A program made the translations under genes and the position numbers. A stretch of DNA of 64,000 bases from Halobacteria archaeon. GTDB taxonomy: Archaea > Halobacteriota > Syntropharchaeia > JACQPP01. Location: the NCBI GenBank assembly GCA_038869515.1, contig JAWCQZ010000001.1, positions 242,534 through 306,533 of the forward strand. The letters are read 5' to 3'. This document shows, one piece after another, positions 1 through 7,908 of this stretch; the stretch's first letter is position 1, and every line of letters starts with the position of its first letter. The notes below the pieces were generated by a model that was not told where the DNA came from, ran no database searches, and saw only the letters and a program-made list of their open reading frames with translations.

Positions 1-222
1 GGTCCTGCTGGCGGACGCAGCGGCGCTCCTGGAGAAACTTGTTTTGGAGCGGAAGGCGCAGCGGAGGGGCGACCTCTTCGCGGGTCCGAAAGCCTGAGTT
101 GCCGGCCCCCTCCGGCACCGCCCGCGTTCCGTCGGCGACGACGGAGCGCGGGAGGGCGGGCCTGTGGAACGGCCCTGCCCGGAGGGATGGGGGCCCCTCT
201 CAGCGGAGCCGCGTCGCTCCTC

Positions 223-420
223 TCAGGAGTCCTCTCGCTCCGCCGGCAACGAAGCGGGTTCGGCGGCCTCCAGGGTCAATTTCCGGTACTTTCCGTAGGG
301 ATCCCTGGGGGAGAAGCGCGGCGGCATGGGGTTCCGGGTCGCCCCTCCGCACCGGGGGCACGCCTCCCTCAAGGTGTAGAGGTTGCAGGCGGGGCACTTC
401 CAGAACTTGGTCCGGACCAT
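223..420 (-). CDS. nop10: H/ACA ribonucleoprotein component Nop10
   Basis: Starts MVRTKFWKCPACNLYTLREACPRCGG...PPRFSPRDPYGKYR: Nop10 zinc-ribbon and PPRFSP motif. ATG at 420..418 lies 2 nt after the aIF2-alpha stop, the classic aIF2alpha-nop10 arrangement. Confidence 0.8.
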   Translation of the reverse strand: MVRTKFWKCPACNLYTLREACPRCGGATRNPMPPRFSPRDPYGKYRKLTLEAAEPASLPAEREDS

Positions 421-421
421 C

Positions 422-1216
422 TCACTTGGCCCGGAGGAGCTGCCCCTTTCCCGAGGCCTTCTGGACCACCGCGAGGGCGGCGTCGGAGGACTTCCGGAGG
501 GCCGCCTCCGCCTTCTTGAAGTCGGGGGCACGGGCCGCGACCCGGTAGCGGGGGGCCCCCAGGCAGGCCACCTCGACCCCCGGGGAGGCCCGGGCGGCCT
601 CGGTGAGCGCCTTCCGGAGCACCTCCACCCCCCGGGGGCCCGGGACCGTCAGCTCCAGCACGCCCGAAATCCGGGCCTCGGGGATGACGATGCTCTCCCG
701 GGCGATGGCGTGGAGCGCCTCCGCGGTCTTGGGGTCGAGGCCGGCGCCGGTGAAGGTCTGGCTCCCCTTCGCGAGGGACTCCTCCAGGGCGGGGTGCAGG
801 CCCCCCACGGCCGCCCGGAGTTTGGCCCGGATCGCCTCCGCCCTCTCCGCGGGGAACTTCTGGGTGAGCCACCGGACCGCCTTCTCCTCATTCTTCCACG
901 CCTTCACCTTGTCCTTCCGCTGGTGCTCGTTCACGTCCTTCAGCGAGAGGTCGATGCGCCCCCGGCCGGGGTCGGCCGCGAGCACGCGGGCCACCACCTT
1001 CCCCCCCTTCCGGACGTGCTCCCGGATGTTCCGGATCCACCCCCGCGCGATGTGGGAGATGGGGATGAACCCCTTCCGCTCCCCGAACTCGTCGAGGGTG
1101 ACGAAGGCGCCGAATTCCTGGACGTCCCGGACCGTGCAGAGCACCAGTTCGCCGGCGGTGGGCCACCCCTCGGCCGGACCGCGGGCGGCCCGGGCCCCGG
1201 GAGGTCTCCCGTTCAT
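422..1216 (-). CDS. eif2a: translation initiation factor 2 alpha subunit (aIF2-alpha)
   Basis: S1 domain (GELVLCTVRDVQEFGAFVTLDEFGERKGFIPISHIARGWIRNIREHVRKGGKVVARVL) followed by the typical eIF2-alpha helical and C-terminal domains. Internal ATG at 1216 chosen because it overlaps the rps27e stop (ATGA). Confidence 0.85.
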   Translation of the reverse strand: MNGRPPGARAARGPAEGWPTAGELVLCTVRDVQEFGAFVTLDEFGERKGFIPISHIARGWIRNIREHVRKGGKVVARVLAADPGRGRIDLSLKDVNEHQRKDKVKAWKNEEKAVRWLTQKFPAERAEAIRAKLRAAVGGLHPALEESLAKGSQTFTGAGLDPKTAEALHAIARESIVIPEARISGVLELTVPGPRGVEVLRKALTEAARASPGVEVACLGAPRYRVAARAPDFKKAEAALRKSSDAALAVVQKASGKGQLLRAK

Positions 1217-1395
1217 AGCTCGGCCAGAATCGTCACCCTGGGAGCGATCCGGGCCTTTCCCCCCGAGGGCTCGGCGAGGGTCGCCTCGCACTGCAGGCAC
1301 GTCACCAGGCCCGAGGCGCGGTCGAAGAGCACCTGCTCCTGGCCGCAGCCGGGGCACCGGACCTTGAGGAAACGGGAGCGGACGGAGGGCTTCAT
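1213..1395 (-). CDS. rps27e: ribosomal protein S27e
   Basis: C4 zinc finger KVRCPGCGQEQVLFDRASGLVTCLQCEATLAEPSGGKARI, typical of S27e. Sits in the L44e-S27e-aIF2alpha cluster. Confidence 0.85.
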   Translation of the reverse strand: MKPSVRSRFLKVRCPGCGQEQVLFDRASGLVTCLQCEATLAEPSGGKARIAPRVTILAEL

Positions 1396-1471
1396 CGTTG
1401 ACCGGCCGGGACGCGGCCGAATGCCGCGGCCGGCACGCCAGACGACGCGCTTGTCGCTTCGAAAGTCATCC

Positions 1472-1756
1472 TCATTGCTCTTGGATCTCGAACTTCCCCG
1501 CCCGGGGCATGGGGCGGGTGTGGGCCTTCTTGCACTTCGAGCACCGGAACCGGACGGGGGTCCGCTTCGTGGGCTTCTCGCCGCCGGGGACCTTGGAGAA
1601 CTTGCCCCGGTTGCCCACGTAGGACTGGCGCAGCTTCTGGCGGGTGATGCGGACCATGGAGCGCGCCTGCCCCTTCTTCACCTTCTCCACGTTGTGCGGG
1701 GTGTGGGTCTTGCAGTGGGGGCAGTGGGTCTTCACCGACTTCGGGACGGTCGCCAT
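1472..1756 (-). CDS. rpl44e: ribosomal protein L44e
   Basis: [30 protein letters not shown]...[11 protein letters not shown] matches the L44e zinc-ribbon pattern. Internal ATG at 1756; the ORF upstream of it is Arg/Pro-rich junk. Confidence 0.8.
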   Translation of the reverse strand: MATVPKSVKTHCPHCKTHTPHNVEKVKKGQARSMVRITRQKLRQSYVGNRGKFSKVPGGEKPTKRTPVRFRCSKCKKAHTRPMPRAGKFEIQEQ

Positions 1757-1838
1757 GGGCGGAGATGGGCCACCTCCCGCATAAGAACCTCTCGGGAAGC
1801 GGCGAACCCCATATAAGGCCGGGGGGCCCGGGAGAGGG

Positions 1839-2960
1839 ATGGCCGCCCAGCTCCCCGGACCCAACGAGGGTCCCCACCCCGTAGCGCCCGGCGAGGCCGA
1901 CCGCATCATCCGGAACATGGCGGGAGTCAAGCACGTCCTGGTGGTGATGAGCGGGAAGGGGGGGGTCGGCAAGTCCACCGTGGCGGCACACCTCGCGCTC
2001 GGCCTCGCCCTCCGCGGCCTCCGGGTGGGGGTGGTGGACGCCGACTTCCACGGCCCCAGCATCCCCAAGATGCTCGGGGCGGACCGGGAGAAGCTCGCCT
2101 ACGTGGAGACGGCGTCGGGCCCGAAAATCAAGCCGGTGTTCGTCCCCCCGAACGTCGAGGTCATCTCCATCGCCTACATGCTCCAGACCTACGACACGCC
2201 GGTGGTGTGGCGGGGCCCCATCAAGATGAAGGCGATCCGCCAGTTCCTGGAGGACGTCGCGTGGGGCGAGCTGGACTGCCTCATTTTCGACCTCCCCCCG
2301 GGGACCGGCGACGAGCCCCTCTCCATCGCGCAGGTGCTCCCCAGGGCCGACGGGGCCGTGATCGTCACCACCCCGCAGGAGATCTCGACGCAGGCGGTCC
2401 GGAAGTCCGTCCGTTTCGCCGAACTCCTCCACCTTCCGGTCCTGGGAGTGGTGGAGAACATGAGCGGGTCCACCTGCCCCCACTGCGGCAAGCCGGTGGA
2501 CCTCTTCGACCCCGGGGGCGGGGAGAGACTGGCGAAGGATTTCGGCCTCCCCCTCCTGGGCCGCATCCCGCTCCTCCGGGAGGTGGCGGACGGATGCGAC
2601 CGGGGGCGTCCGGTGCTGCTGAGCGGAGGGCCCGCCTCGAAGGCCTTCGAGGAGATGGTGGAGTCGGTGCTCTCCCGGGTGCGCGCGAAGCCGCCTCCAG
2701 GCCCCGCCCCCGCGGAGCCCGAGCCCCGAACTCCGGGGGCCGCGGTCTCCCCGGAGGCGGTCGCGAAGTGCATCGAGGCCCTCAAGCCCGCCGTGAAGGC
2801 GGAGGGGGGCGGTCTCGACCTCCTCGGGGTCCAAGGGGACGTCGTGACGCTCCGCCTCGACTTCTCCGGGGCCCCGGCGGCCCGGGTCGCCCTCCTCTCC
2901 TCCCTGGAGAAGACCCTCAAGTCCAGGGTTCCGGGAGTCCGGGCCGTGGTGGCCGCTTAA
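1839..2960 (+). CDS. apbC: Mrp/NBP35 (ApbC) Fe-S cluster carrier ATPase with a C-terminal NifU-like domain
   Basis: Walker [14 protein letters not shown], Mrp signature region and CPHCGK motif. C-terminal about 80 aa ([33 protein letters not shown]) resembles a NifU/Nfu domain. TATA-like 'ccatataagg' about 25 bp upstream. Confidence 0.75.
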   Translation: MAAQLPGPNEGPHPVAPGEADRIIRNMAGVKHVLVVMSGKGGVGKSTVAAHLALGLALRGLRVGVVDADFHGPSIPKMLGADREKLAYVETASGPKIKPVFVPPNVEVISIAYMLQTYDTPVVWRGPIKMKAIRQFLEDVAWGELDCLIFDLPPGTGDEPLSIAQVLPRADGAVIVTTPQEISTQAVRKSVRFAELLHLPVLGVVENMSGSTCPHCGKPVDLFDPGGGERLAKDFGLPLLGRIPLLREVADGCDRGRPVLLSGGPASKAFEEMVESVLSRVRAKPPPGPAPAEPEPRTPGAAVSPEAVAKCIEALKPAVKAEGGGLDLLGVQGDVVTLRLDFSGAPAARVALLSSLEKTLKSRVPGVRAVVAA

Positions 2961-2983
2961 AGCGCGCTCACCTCGCGCGCTTT
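2959..2983 (+). terminator. perfect 9-bp stem/7-nt loop hairpin immediately 3' of the apbC stop
   Basis: aaagcgcgc-tcacctc-gcgcgcttt, followed by T/A-rich ttatttaa. Confidence 0.3.
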
Positions 2984-3022
2984 AGCGTGGGTTATTTAAG
3001 GGGCCCGGCCCAAGGAGTGGAG

Positions 3023-3313
3023 ATGGCCAACGACGCGGTCTCGGAGTTCCAGAAGAACCTCCAGGAGGCGAAGGGGGCGGTCCCCGACCTCTACGCCAAG
3101 GTGGACCAGGCGCTCGACCGCATCCGCCCCGCGGTCCAGGCGGACGGTGGCAACGTGGAGATTGCCAACATCGACGCCGAGAAGGGGGTCCTCTACCTCC
3201 AGATGCAGGGGGCGTGCGGCGGCTGCCCCTCCTCCCGGATGACCCTCCGGGCGGGGATCGAGAGAATCGTCCGGGAGATGGTCCCGGAGATTCAGCGGGT
3301 CGAAGCGGTCTGA
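3023..3313 (+). CDS. nfu: NifU-like (Nfu) Fe-S cluster assembly domain protein
   Basis: MANDAVSEFQKNLQEAKGAVPDLYAKVDQALDRIRPAVQADGGNVEIANIDAEKGVLYLQMQGACGGCPSSRMTL shows the Nfu CxxC motif. Only the last 96 codons of a longer Arg/Gly-rich ORF look coding. Confidence 0.7.
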   Translation: MANDAVSEFQKNLQEAKGAVPDLYAKVDQALDRIRPAVQADGGNVEIANIDAEKGVLYLQMQGACGGCPSSRMTLRAGIERIVREMVPEIQRVEAV

Positions 3314-3356
3314 GGAGTTTTCCGGAACCCGCGCCCGGGAGTGGCTTGAACATAGG

Positions 3357-3393
3357 CCCCTTTACGCGCGGGCGGAGCCCGCGCGTAAAGGGG
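3357..3393. repeat. 17-bp perfect inverted repeat (hairpin, 3-nt loop)
   Basis: cccctttacgcgcgggc-gga-gcccgcgcgtaaagggg. Confidence 0.6.
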
Positions 3394-3450
3394 CGGCCCT
3401 ACCCCCGGGGCCTCCCCCCGCGCGACGGGGTCCCCGGGGGTCGGCCCTCC

Positions 3451-3501
3451 CGGAACCCCGCCCTCCGCTCGCGCTTCGCGCTCGCTTCGGGCGGGGTTCC
3501 G
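3451..3501. repeat. 13-bp inverted repeat arms enclosing a GC-rich direct-repeat core
   Basis: cggaaccccgccc ... tccgctcgcgcttcgcgctcgcttc ... gggcggggttccg. Confidence 0.5.
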
Positions 3502-3597
3502 CGCCATAATCTCCTTGCATAATACACAACAAGTACTTAACGATTGTCCGTTCTGAATCTGTAAAATTTAAAACTGGGGGTGCGGCGGGATTTGGGG

Positions 3598-3936
3598 ATG
3601 GACGTGGTCGGCGGTCCCGGGAGGTCCCAGGCCCCCCCTCCCGCCTCCATCCGCCACCGCATCGCCCGCCACCTCGCCGACGAGCTCCTCCGGGGGCGCC
3701 GCTTCTTCAAGGCGAAGGAGATCGCCTCCCAGGTCGGCGCCACCAGCCAGCAGGTAGCGAGCCACCTCCGAACCCTGAGGGAGTCCTCGGTCTTCTCCAT
3801 CTCGGAGCAGGCCCGCTCCAGCCACTCCACCACGTGGCGCATCGAGTTCAAGACCGACCCGTGGGAGGTTTTCCACCAGATGCGTGGGCTGCTCCTCCTC
3901 TTCGACTCCTGGGTCTCCCCGCGGGCGGCTACTTGA
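3598..3936 (+). CDS. hypothetical small DNA-binding (winged-helix-like) protein
   Basis: Follows an AT-rich promoter-like tract ('gtaaaatttaaaact' about 25 bp upstream, compatible with a leaderless start). Contains a helix-turn-helix-like segment ([26 protein letters not shown]). No confident family assignment. Confidence 0.45.
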   Translation: MDVVGGPGRSQAPPPASIRHRIARHLADELLRGRRFFKAKEIASQVGATSQQVASHLRTLRESSVFSISEQARSSHSTTWRIEFKTDPWEVFHQMRGLLLLFDSWVSPRAAT

Positions 3937-4399
3937 GGCCTGCGAGGACCTTCTGAACCTCAGGGTAGTTGGGCTCGACCCCGGGGTTCGGGGCCACCCA
4001 CTTGTAGCGGACAACCCCCGACCTGTCCACGATGAAGACGGCCCGGTTGGCCGCCACGTACCTCGGGAGCCCCGCCAGGTTCGGGAATGCGACTCCGTAG
4101 CGGTTCACCACGTTCCGCTCGTAGTCGCTGAGAAGGGTGAAGGGGAGTTTGTGCTGGTCGGCCCACGCCTTGTTGGCGAAGGGCGGGTCGACGCTGACGC
4201 CGACCACCTCGGCGCTCGCCCCTTTGAGCCTCTCCAGAGAGTCCCGGAAGGTACACATCTCCTTGGTGCAGACGCCGGTGAAAGCCCCGGGGTAGAAGGC
4301 GAGGAGGACGTTCTTCCCGAGGAACTCGCTCAGTTTCCGCGGCTTCCGGTCGGCGTCGAAGAGGGTGAAATCGGGGGCCGGGTCGCCGACGTTGACCAT
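3929..4399 (-). CDS. bcp: peroxiredoxin (Bcp / AhpC-TSA family)
   Basis: [15 protein letters not shown] peroxidatic-Cys motif; about 155 aa, typical of thiol peroxidase Bcp. Confidence 0.8.
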   Translation of the reverse strand: MVNVGDPAPDFTLFDADRKPRKLSEFLGKNVLLAFYPGAFTGVCTKEMCTFRDSLERLKGASAEVVGVSVDPPFANKAWADQHKLPFTLLSDYERNVVNRYGVAFPNLAGLPRYVAANRAVFIVDRSGVVRYKWVAPNPGVEPNYPEVQKVLAGLK

Positions 4400-4482
4400 G
4401 GCCCTCTCGATTTTGAAACCGGGTAAAAAGCCTCGCTTTTCGGCGCGGAAAAAGATTTAAGGGGGGCGTCCGACCTCTGGCC

Positions 4483-5169
4483 ATGGCCGCCGAAACGAAT
4501 CCCGCGAAGACCTTCGAGCAGAGGCACGTCCCGATGGTCCTGGGGCTCGCGGTCCTGGTTCTGGCGCTGGCCGCGGCGGCTCCGGCGCTCCCCGCGCTCG
4601 CCCCGGTAGTGCGCCTCTTCCACCTCTTCTTCGGCGTCCTCTGGATCGGCCTCCTCTACTTCTTCAACATCGTCAACGTGCCCGCCGTCAAACTCTACGA
4701 CGCGCCCACCCGCCAGCACCACGTCACGAAACTGATGCCTATGGCCCTCTTCTGGTTCCGCTACGCCGCCCTGATGACCGTGGTGGCGGGCTTCGGAATC
4801 TACTACACCAACTACATCGCCACCGGCGCCATGGCGAGCAACGCCGGCTACACCATCCTGGCCGGGATGGTCATGGGCCTCATCATGTTCGTCAACGTCT
4901 GGGCCATCATCTGGCCCATGCAGAAGAGGGTCATCGCCGCGACCAAGGAGACCGTGGAGAAGGGGACGCCCGCCCCGGCCGACCAGCCGAAGTGGGCGAG
5001 GAGGGCGCTCCTCGCCTCCCGCTTCAACTTCATCCTCTCCGTCCCGATGCTCTTCATGATGGGGGCGGCCTCCCACGGCTTCATGCCGCCCGTCTCCTCC
5101 ATCAGCACCCTCGTCGCTTCCATCGCCGTCGCGGGCGCCATCGTCGCCTACCTGGCGAGGAAGAAGTAG
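4483..5169 (+). CDS. integral membrane protein (HemJ/CopD/PuuD-N-like helix bundle)
   Basis: Multiple TM helices. Motif LFHLFFGVLWIGLLYFFNIVNVP resembles the conserved H/W-containing first helix of the HemJ/CopD-like family. Assignment tentative. Confidence 0.5.
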   Translation: MAAETNPAKTFEQRHVPMVLGLAVLVLALAAAAPALPALAPVVRLFHLFFGVLWIGLLYFFNIVNVPAVKLYDAPTRQHHVTKLMPMALFWFRYAALMTVVAGFGIYYTNYIATGAMASNAGYTILAGMVMGLIMFVNVWAIIWPMQKRVIAATKETVEKGTPAPADQPKWARRALLASRFNFILSVPMLFMMGAASHGFMPPVSSISTLVASIAVAGAIVAYLARKK

Positions 5170-5209
5170 CGGCAGAAGGTTTTTAATCGCCCTTTTCCCG
5201 TGGGGAGCC

Positions 5210-5911
5210 ATGGCCCTCAACTACCGCGCCTGGGTGGCCGAGTCCATCGCCGTCTTCGCCCTCGTCTTCTTCGGGACCATGGCCGTCACCGGCGCCATTG
5301 ACCTCCTCGGCAACAAGACCGCCCCCGACGCGGGGGGCCTCTGGGTCATCTCCATCGCCCACGGCCTCGCCATCATGCTGATGGCCTTCGCAACGGGCCA
5401 CATCTCCGGGGGCCACATCAACCCCGCCGTGACAGTGGCGATGATGGCGACGAAGAGGCTCGACGCGAAGAACGGCGCCGGATACATCCTGTTCCAATTG
5501 ATCGGCGCCACGGTCGCCGCCGCGCTCCACGCCGCCATCCTCCCCGCCTCCCAGTTCCCGCACACGGGGGCCCACGGCCTCAACGCGGCCATCGGCGTCA
5601 CTCCGGCGACGGGCTTCCTGGTGGAAGTCGCCCTCACCTTCTTCCTCCTCTTCGTCATCTTCGCCACCGCCGTGGATCCCCGGGCCCCGGCGGGCTTCGC
5701 GCCCCTCGCCATCGGCCTCACCATCTGCATGATCCACCTCGTCGGGGTTCCCCTCACGGGGGCCTCGGTGAACCCCGCCCGCACCTTCGGGCCGGCGCTG
5801 GTCTTCGGGGCGTGGGGCGACCACTGGCTCTACTGGGCGGGCCCCATCCTCGGGGGGCTCATCGCAGCCCTCCTCTACGACCGGGTCTTCCTGAAGAAGA
5901 CGGGCGCCTAG
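5210..5911 (+). CDS. aquaporin / MIP-family channel (copy 1)
   Basis: Two NPA boxes (GGHINPAVT and GASVNPART) and six predicted TM segments. Confidence 0.85.
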   Translation: MALNYRAWVAESIAVFALVFFGTMAVTGAIDLLGNKTAPDAGGLWVISIAHGLAIMLMAFATGHISGGHINPAVTVAMMATKRLDAKNGAGYILFQLIGATVAAALHAAILPASQFPHTGAHGLNAAIGVTPATGFLVEVALTFFLLFVIFATAVDPRAPAGFAPLAIGLTICMIHLVGVPLTGASVNPARTFGPALVFGAWGDHWLYWAGPILGGLIAALLYDRVFLKKTGA

Positions 5912-7047
5912 GGCGCCCCCGCGCGCTCCGGGGACCCCTCACGGTCGGGGGTGTACCACCGCTGGGCGACGAGGGTCGGCACGATGGCGGTGAGGAGGAC
6001 CGCGGTCACCAGCACGCTGAACTGCTCGCGGCTGACGATTCCCGCCTGGAGGCCGTAGGTGGAGGAGATGGTGCCGAAGGTCAGGCCGGTGCTCATGAGA
6101 AGTGTGGCGTAGATGGCGTCTTTCGGGAGGTAGCGCCGTGCGAGGGGGAGGACCCCGGCGAACTTGGCCCCGACCTTCACCCCGAAGAGGAGCCCGAGGA
6201 GGCCGAGGTTGGCCGCGACCGCGGCGAGGGAGACGTTGAGCCCCGCGTGCAAGAAGAAGAAGGGGGTGAGGAGGGCGAAGGTGAGCCCCCGGAGGCGCAG
6301 GAGGACGCCCCGGTGGCCCTGGAAGGTCCGGGCGGCGATGAGACCCACCACGTAGGCCGGGAGGACTCCGTGGGACCCCCCGACCTCGGCAGAGAGGCCG
6401 AGCAGCAGGACCATGAGGAGGAGCATCTTCAACTCCATCTGGCCGACCCCCTCCCGGAACCGGGAGAGGAACCAGTCGAGGAGCCGGGGCACGGCGACCA
6501 CCGAGACCCCCAGGCCCGCGAATGTCAGGAGGATGAGCCCGTTGGGCGGAATGAACAGGACGCTGAGCGCAACGGCGGTTCCCAGATCGGTCACGAAGCA
6601 GGAGGAGAGGATGAGCTTTCCCGCCGGGGTGGAGGTGAGCCCCGTCTCCACCAGGACCACGTAGACGACGGCGACTGAGGTCGTGGAGAGGGCCACCCCT
6701 GCCAGAAGGGACGCGGCGCGGGTCCATCCGAGAAATCCCTCAGAGAACCACCACGCTCCCAGAAAGGGGGCACCGAAGGAGGCGACGCCGATGAGGGTGC
6801 TTGCCTTCCAGCGGGCCCGGAAGGCGTCGGGGTCGATCTCGGCCCCGGCCAGGAAGGTGAGGAAGAGCGAACCGAGCCCGGCCAGGAAGGGGAGCCAGTC
6901 GTGGCCTGCGGGGGAGAGGCCCGGGACGCTCCCGAGGAGCATCCCCATGACGATTTCGGCGATGGCGACCGAGACCCCCAGCCGGAAAGAGACGAACGAG
7001 GCGGCCAGGGCCGCGGCCAGAAGGGCGATGAGGTAGGGGTCGATCAT
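5908..7047 (-). CDS. cation:proton antiporter (CPA2/Kef-type membrane domain)
   Basis: About 12 TM helices, Gly-rich helices typical of the Na+/H+ exchanger family. No C-terminal TrkA domain. Confidence 0.7.
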   Translation of the reverse strand: MIDPYLIALLAAALAASFVSFRLGVSVAIAEIVMGMLLGSVPGLSPAGHDWLPFLAGLGSLFLTFLAGAEIDPDAFRARWKASTLIGVASFGAPFLGAWWFSEGFLGWTRAASLLAGVALSTTSVAVVYVVLVETGLTSTPAGKLILSSCFVTDLGTAVALSVLFIPPNGLILLTFAGLGVSVVAVPRLLDWFLSRFREGVGQMELKMLLLMVLLLGLSAEVGGSHGVLPAYVVGLIAARTFQGHRGVLLRLRGLTFALLTPFFFLHAGLNVSLAAVAANLGLLGLLFGVKVGAKFAGVLPLARRYLPKDAIYATLLMSTGLTFGTISSTYGLQAGIVSREQFSVLVTAVLLTAIVPTLVAQRWYTPDREGSPERAGAP

Positions 7048-7172
7048 GGGGTTCGCCTGGCGGGGGGGTAGGAGCTATCAGCCCCAGGCGGGGCGGTTGG
7101 CGGCGAGCCCCATCGCCTGGGCCCCCCGTGGGCCGCTGGAAATATAAATTCTGCGCGCAGAAGCCCCGCGTC

Positions 7173-7877
7173 ATGGCCACCGCGCTGCGGGCCTGTGTCG
7201 CCGAAGCGTTCGGGACCGCGGTCCTGACTCTCTTCGGCTCCCTCTCGGTGGCGATGGCTGCCCTTCCGGGCTACGCCGCAGGGCCCATTGGCCCCGCTCT
7301 GGCCCACGGTCTCGTCATCGCGGTGATGGTCTACGCCATCGGCCCCGTGTCGGGGTGCTGCATCAACCCCGCCATCACCCTGGCCATGGCGGCCCACGGG
7401 AAAATCGGCGGAAAGACCGCCGCACTCTACATCCTGTTCCAACTCATCGGGGCCGCGGGGGCGGGCCTCCTCCTCTACGGCTCTCTCCACGGGACTCCCA
7501 TGGCGGCCCAGACCTACTACGGCGGGAACCGGCCCGACGGCGGGCTCGGCGTCGGGGAGTTCCAGACCGCCTTCATCGAGGCCTTCGGCACCGCCCTCCT
7601 CGCCTTCGCCGTCTTTGCCGTGCCGGGCCGCGCCCCCGCCGGCGTCGGCGGCTTCGCCATCGGGACGTCGGTCGCGGTCGCGGTCCTGGCGGTCGGGCCC
7701 CTCACCGGCGCCTCTCTCAACCCCGCGCGCACCTTCGGCCCCGCCCTGGTGAGCGCCCTCGCGGGGCTGCCGAACGCACTCCCCGCCCACTGGGCCTACT
7801 GGATGGGCCCCATCGCGGGGGCGCTCTTCGGCTCCTTCATCGCCATGAGGGTCATCGGCGAGAAGGAGACTCAGTAA
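7173..7877 (+). CDS. aquaporin / MIP-family channel (copy 2)
   Basis: NPA boxes CINPAIT and ASLNPART. Start moved to ATG 7173 (MATALRAC) because the TATA-like 'ggaaatataaattc' sits about 25 bp upstream. Confidence 0.8.
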   Translation: MATALRACVAEAFGTAVLTLFGSLSVAMAALPGYAAGPIGPALAHGLVIAVMVYAIGPVSGCCINPAITLAMAAHGKIGGKTAALYILFQLIGAAGAGLLLYGSLHGTPMAAQTYYGGNRPDGGLGVGEFQTAFIEAFGTALLAFAVFAVPGRAPAGVGGFAIGTSVAVAVLAVGPLTGASLNPARTFGPALVSALAGLPNALPAHWAYWMGPIAGALFGSFIAMRVIGEKETQ

Positions 7878-7908
7878 GCCACATAAGTCCCGCGCGGTCA
7901 TCCCTGGG

